DNA of 26,812 bases from a virus (taxonomy: Duplodnaviria; Caudoviricetes), in IMG/VR virus record IMGVR_UViG_3300044535_001310, positions 1-26,812 of that record. The stretch is one strand, 5' to 3'. A program made the position numbers and the translations under genes. The stretch's first letter is position 1. Each line of letters begins with the position of its first letter. Below, piece by piece: positions 25,108 to 26,812 of this stretch. The notes below the pieces were generated by a model. That model worked only from the letters and a program-made list of their open reading frames with translations. It ran no database searches and was not told where the DNA came from.

Positions 25108-26055
25108 TTAGAAATCTTCTGTAAATGTTATTGTTTCGTTCAATTTTGCTTTTTGGTATTCCATCGTTCTTGACTCGAAGAAATTACCTTTGGTCTCAAC
25201 CGCAATTTGTTCCATGAACTTAAATGGTTGTTCAACATTAAACTCTTTTTTACATCCAAGTTTAACCAAAAGTCCGTCAACAACAAACTCAAGATATTGT
25301 TTCATCAAATTTGAATTCATACCAATGAGTGATACAGGTAAAGATTCTGTAATAAATTCTTTCTCGATTTCCAAAGCAGATAATAAGATTTCTTTAATTC
25401 TTTTTTCACTTGGTTTATCCTCTATGTGATTATTTAACAAGTGAATTGCAAAATCACAATGTAAGTTCTCGTCTTTAAAGATTAATGAATTAGCGTTACA
25501 TAATCCTTGCATGATTCCTCTTGATTTCAACCAGAAGATTGAACAGAATGAACCTGAGAAGAAGATACCTTCAACCGCGGCGAACGCAACCAATCTTTCT
25601 TGGAAAGATGCATTCTTAATCCAATCGAGAGCCCATGATGCTTTCTTCTGAACCGCCGGTAATCTATCAATCGCATGGAAACACTCATCTTTTTCTTTAG
25701 GATTTGAAACATATGTATCAATCAAAAGTGAATACATTAACGAATGAATATTCTCCATCATAAGTTGGAACCCATAAAAGAATTTCGCTTCAGGATATTG
25801 AACTTCCTTTAAAAAGTTTTCCGCCAAATTCTCATTGACGATTCCATCTGATGCCGCAAAAAATGATAAAACATTCTTAACGAAGTATTTCTCATTATCC
25901 GATAAATTTTCCCAATCACGGATATCATTTGTTAAATCAACTTCTTCTGCCGTCCAGAAAGCTGCTTGGTGTTGCTTATAATACTCCCAAATATCATCAT
26001 GTTCTATTGGGAAGATAACAAATCGGTTGGGATTTTCTTTTAATATTTTTTCCAT
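25108..26055 (-). CDS. nrdB: Ribonucleoside-diphosphate reductase class Ia beta subunit
   Basis: [36 protein letters not shown] (radical Tyr), [22 protein letters not shown]: all diiron ligands present. Confidence 0.97.
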   Translation of the reverse strand: MEKILKENPNRFVIFPIEHDDIWEYYKQHQAAFWTAEEVDLTNDIRDWENLSDNEKYFVKNVLSFFAASDGIVNENLAENFLKEVQYPEAKFFYGFQLMMENIHSLMYSLLIDTYVSNPKEKDECFHAIDRLPAVQKKASWALDWIKNASFQERLVAFAAVEGIFFSGSFCSIFWLKSRGIMQGLCNANSLIFKDENLHCDFAIHLLNNHIEDKPSEKRIKEILLSALEIEKEFITESLPVSLIGMNSNLMKQYLEFVVDGLLVKLGCKKEFNVEQPFKFMEQIAVETKGNFFESRTMEYQKAKLNETITFTEDF

Positions 26056-26065
26056 TTTTTATAAT

Positions 26066-26812
26066 TTAATTATTTTGTTGTTCTCTTAATTTTCTTTTTT
26101 CCAAAAGTTCTTTAACTCTATCACGCTTTCTTTCTTCTTGTTGTTCTTCAAATCCCAAGAATGTTACAGAACTTTCAGTATCTATTTCAAGTAATTCGTT
26201 ATTGAATTTACAATTTTCAAAAACGACACCATCTTTACCAAGACGTGACTTGGTGATTGCAATTGTTGCCAAATTCATTTCTTTTTGTTGCAATGTTTTG
26301 GCAACAGATATAATAACATGCCCAACTTGTGCTTTTTTGATTGACCCACCCATTTGGTCTGTCGTTACAACCTCAGATGAGATTGAAGACCTATTCCCTT
26401 GTGTTGCAGTCCAACCAACCAAATTAAGTTCATGACACATTGCTTCAAAACCTCTCATAACCGAACCCTCAGCTTTCCACTCATCTTTACTACTACTTTC
26501 AGGAACCACACAATCAATATAGTCTAATAAAACCAAATCAATTTTTGTTCCGTCGGCAATCATTTTTCTAAGTTGATTCTTAATCTGATTCATAGTGACA
26601 GAATCTGATGGTAATTTTTTCAAGATTAACTCATTTTTCATAGTTTCTTTAATCTCGGTAATTTTACCCATAACCTCTTCTTTATTTTGAACCAAGTTAT
26701 CCGGTTCAATACCAGTCCAAAGGGTAAAATGTTTTCTTTGAACGATTTTAGGGTTATCCTCAAAAAATATTTGGATAACATTATAACCAAGATTAAATGC
26801 GGTGTTTGCAAT
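26066..26812 (-). CDS. dnaB: Replicative DNA helicase, DnaB/T4 gp41-like (SF4), 5'-partial
   Basis: Frame is open to the window edge (IANTAFNLGYNVIQIFFEDNPK...). SF4 motifs LVLLDYID, WTATQGNR, QMGGSIKKAQ, KSRLG. The track start at 26695 is an internal TTG. Confidence 0.9.
   Translation of the reverse strand: MANTAFNLGYNVIQIFFEDNPKIVQRKHFTLWTGIEPDNLVQNKEEVMGKITEIKETMKNELILKKLPSDSVTMNQIKNQLRKMIADGTKIDLVLLDYIDCVVPESSSKDEWKAEGSVMRGFEAMCHELNLVGWTATQGNRSSISSEVVTTDQMGGSIKKAQVGHVIISVAKTLQQKEMNLATIAITKSRLGKDGVVFENCKFNNELLEIDTESSVTFLGFEEQQEERKRDRVKELLEKRKLREQQNN

Larger units (their letters stand above)
1..26812 (-). mobile_element. Segment of a large contractile-tailed dsDNA bacteriophage genome (replication/nucleotide metabolism genes followed by baseplate and fibre module)
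   Basis: Co-oriented, tightly packed genes: DnaB/gp41-like helicase, nrdB, nrdA, gp25-, gp6- and gp7-like baseplate genes, fibre-like proteins. No integrase, att site or cellular housekeeping genes seen. Confidence 0.9.

Noticed and set aside
22675-26055. Eukaryotic giant virus origin suggested by the eukaryote-like RNR
   Set aside because: Contractile-tail baseplate genes, overlapping operon structure and an intrinsic terminator indicate a bacteriophage.
3208-26435. Remaining 60-80 aa ORFs nested in or antisense to long genes
   Set aside because: All lie within well-supported CDSs in other frames and have no recognisable motifs.
22675-26812. Inteins, introns or homing endonucleases in nrdA, nrdB or the helicase
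   Set aside because: Proteins are of normal length with contiguous motifs.
2759-26812. Stop-codon reassignment
   Set aside because: All genes are intact under the standard bacterial code with near-complete coding density.

Overview
AT-rich, gene-dense segment of a large contractile-tailed (myovirus-like) dsDNA phage. All real genes are on the minus strand. In reading order, right to left: a partial DnaB/gp41-like helicase, class Ia ribonucleotide reductase nrdB-nrdA, a palindromic terminator, then a ~22.6 kb structural module. That module holds gp25- and gp6-like baseplate wedge genes, five large unknown proteins (one with a hydrophobic multi-helix block, one with a PKD-like domain), a gp7/P2 gpI-like wedge protein, a mosaic SprB-repeat fibre/adhesin, a Pro/Thr-linker protein, and a >919 aa ORF missed by the ORF track that carries ~211 in-register, apparently proline-free Gly-(Ser/Thr)-Ser triplets and runs off the left edge. 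SprB repeats, the eukaryote/Bacteroidota-type RNR and the lack of Shine-Dalgarno sites suggest a Bacteroidota host (inference). The most interesting signals are (1) a [S/T]-[G/A]-x-T tetrapeptide strongly enriched in peripheral structural proteins and absent from the enzymes, a candidate modification sequon; (2) a TATTTATA element just upstream of structural gene starts; (3) the Gly-Ser/Thr triplet fibre; and (4) a domain shared between two neighbouring structural proteins. All family calls come from motif recognition by eye and counts are hand counts; no searches were run.
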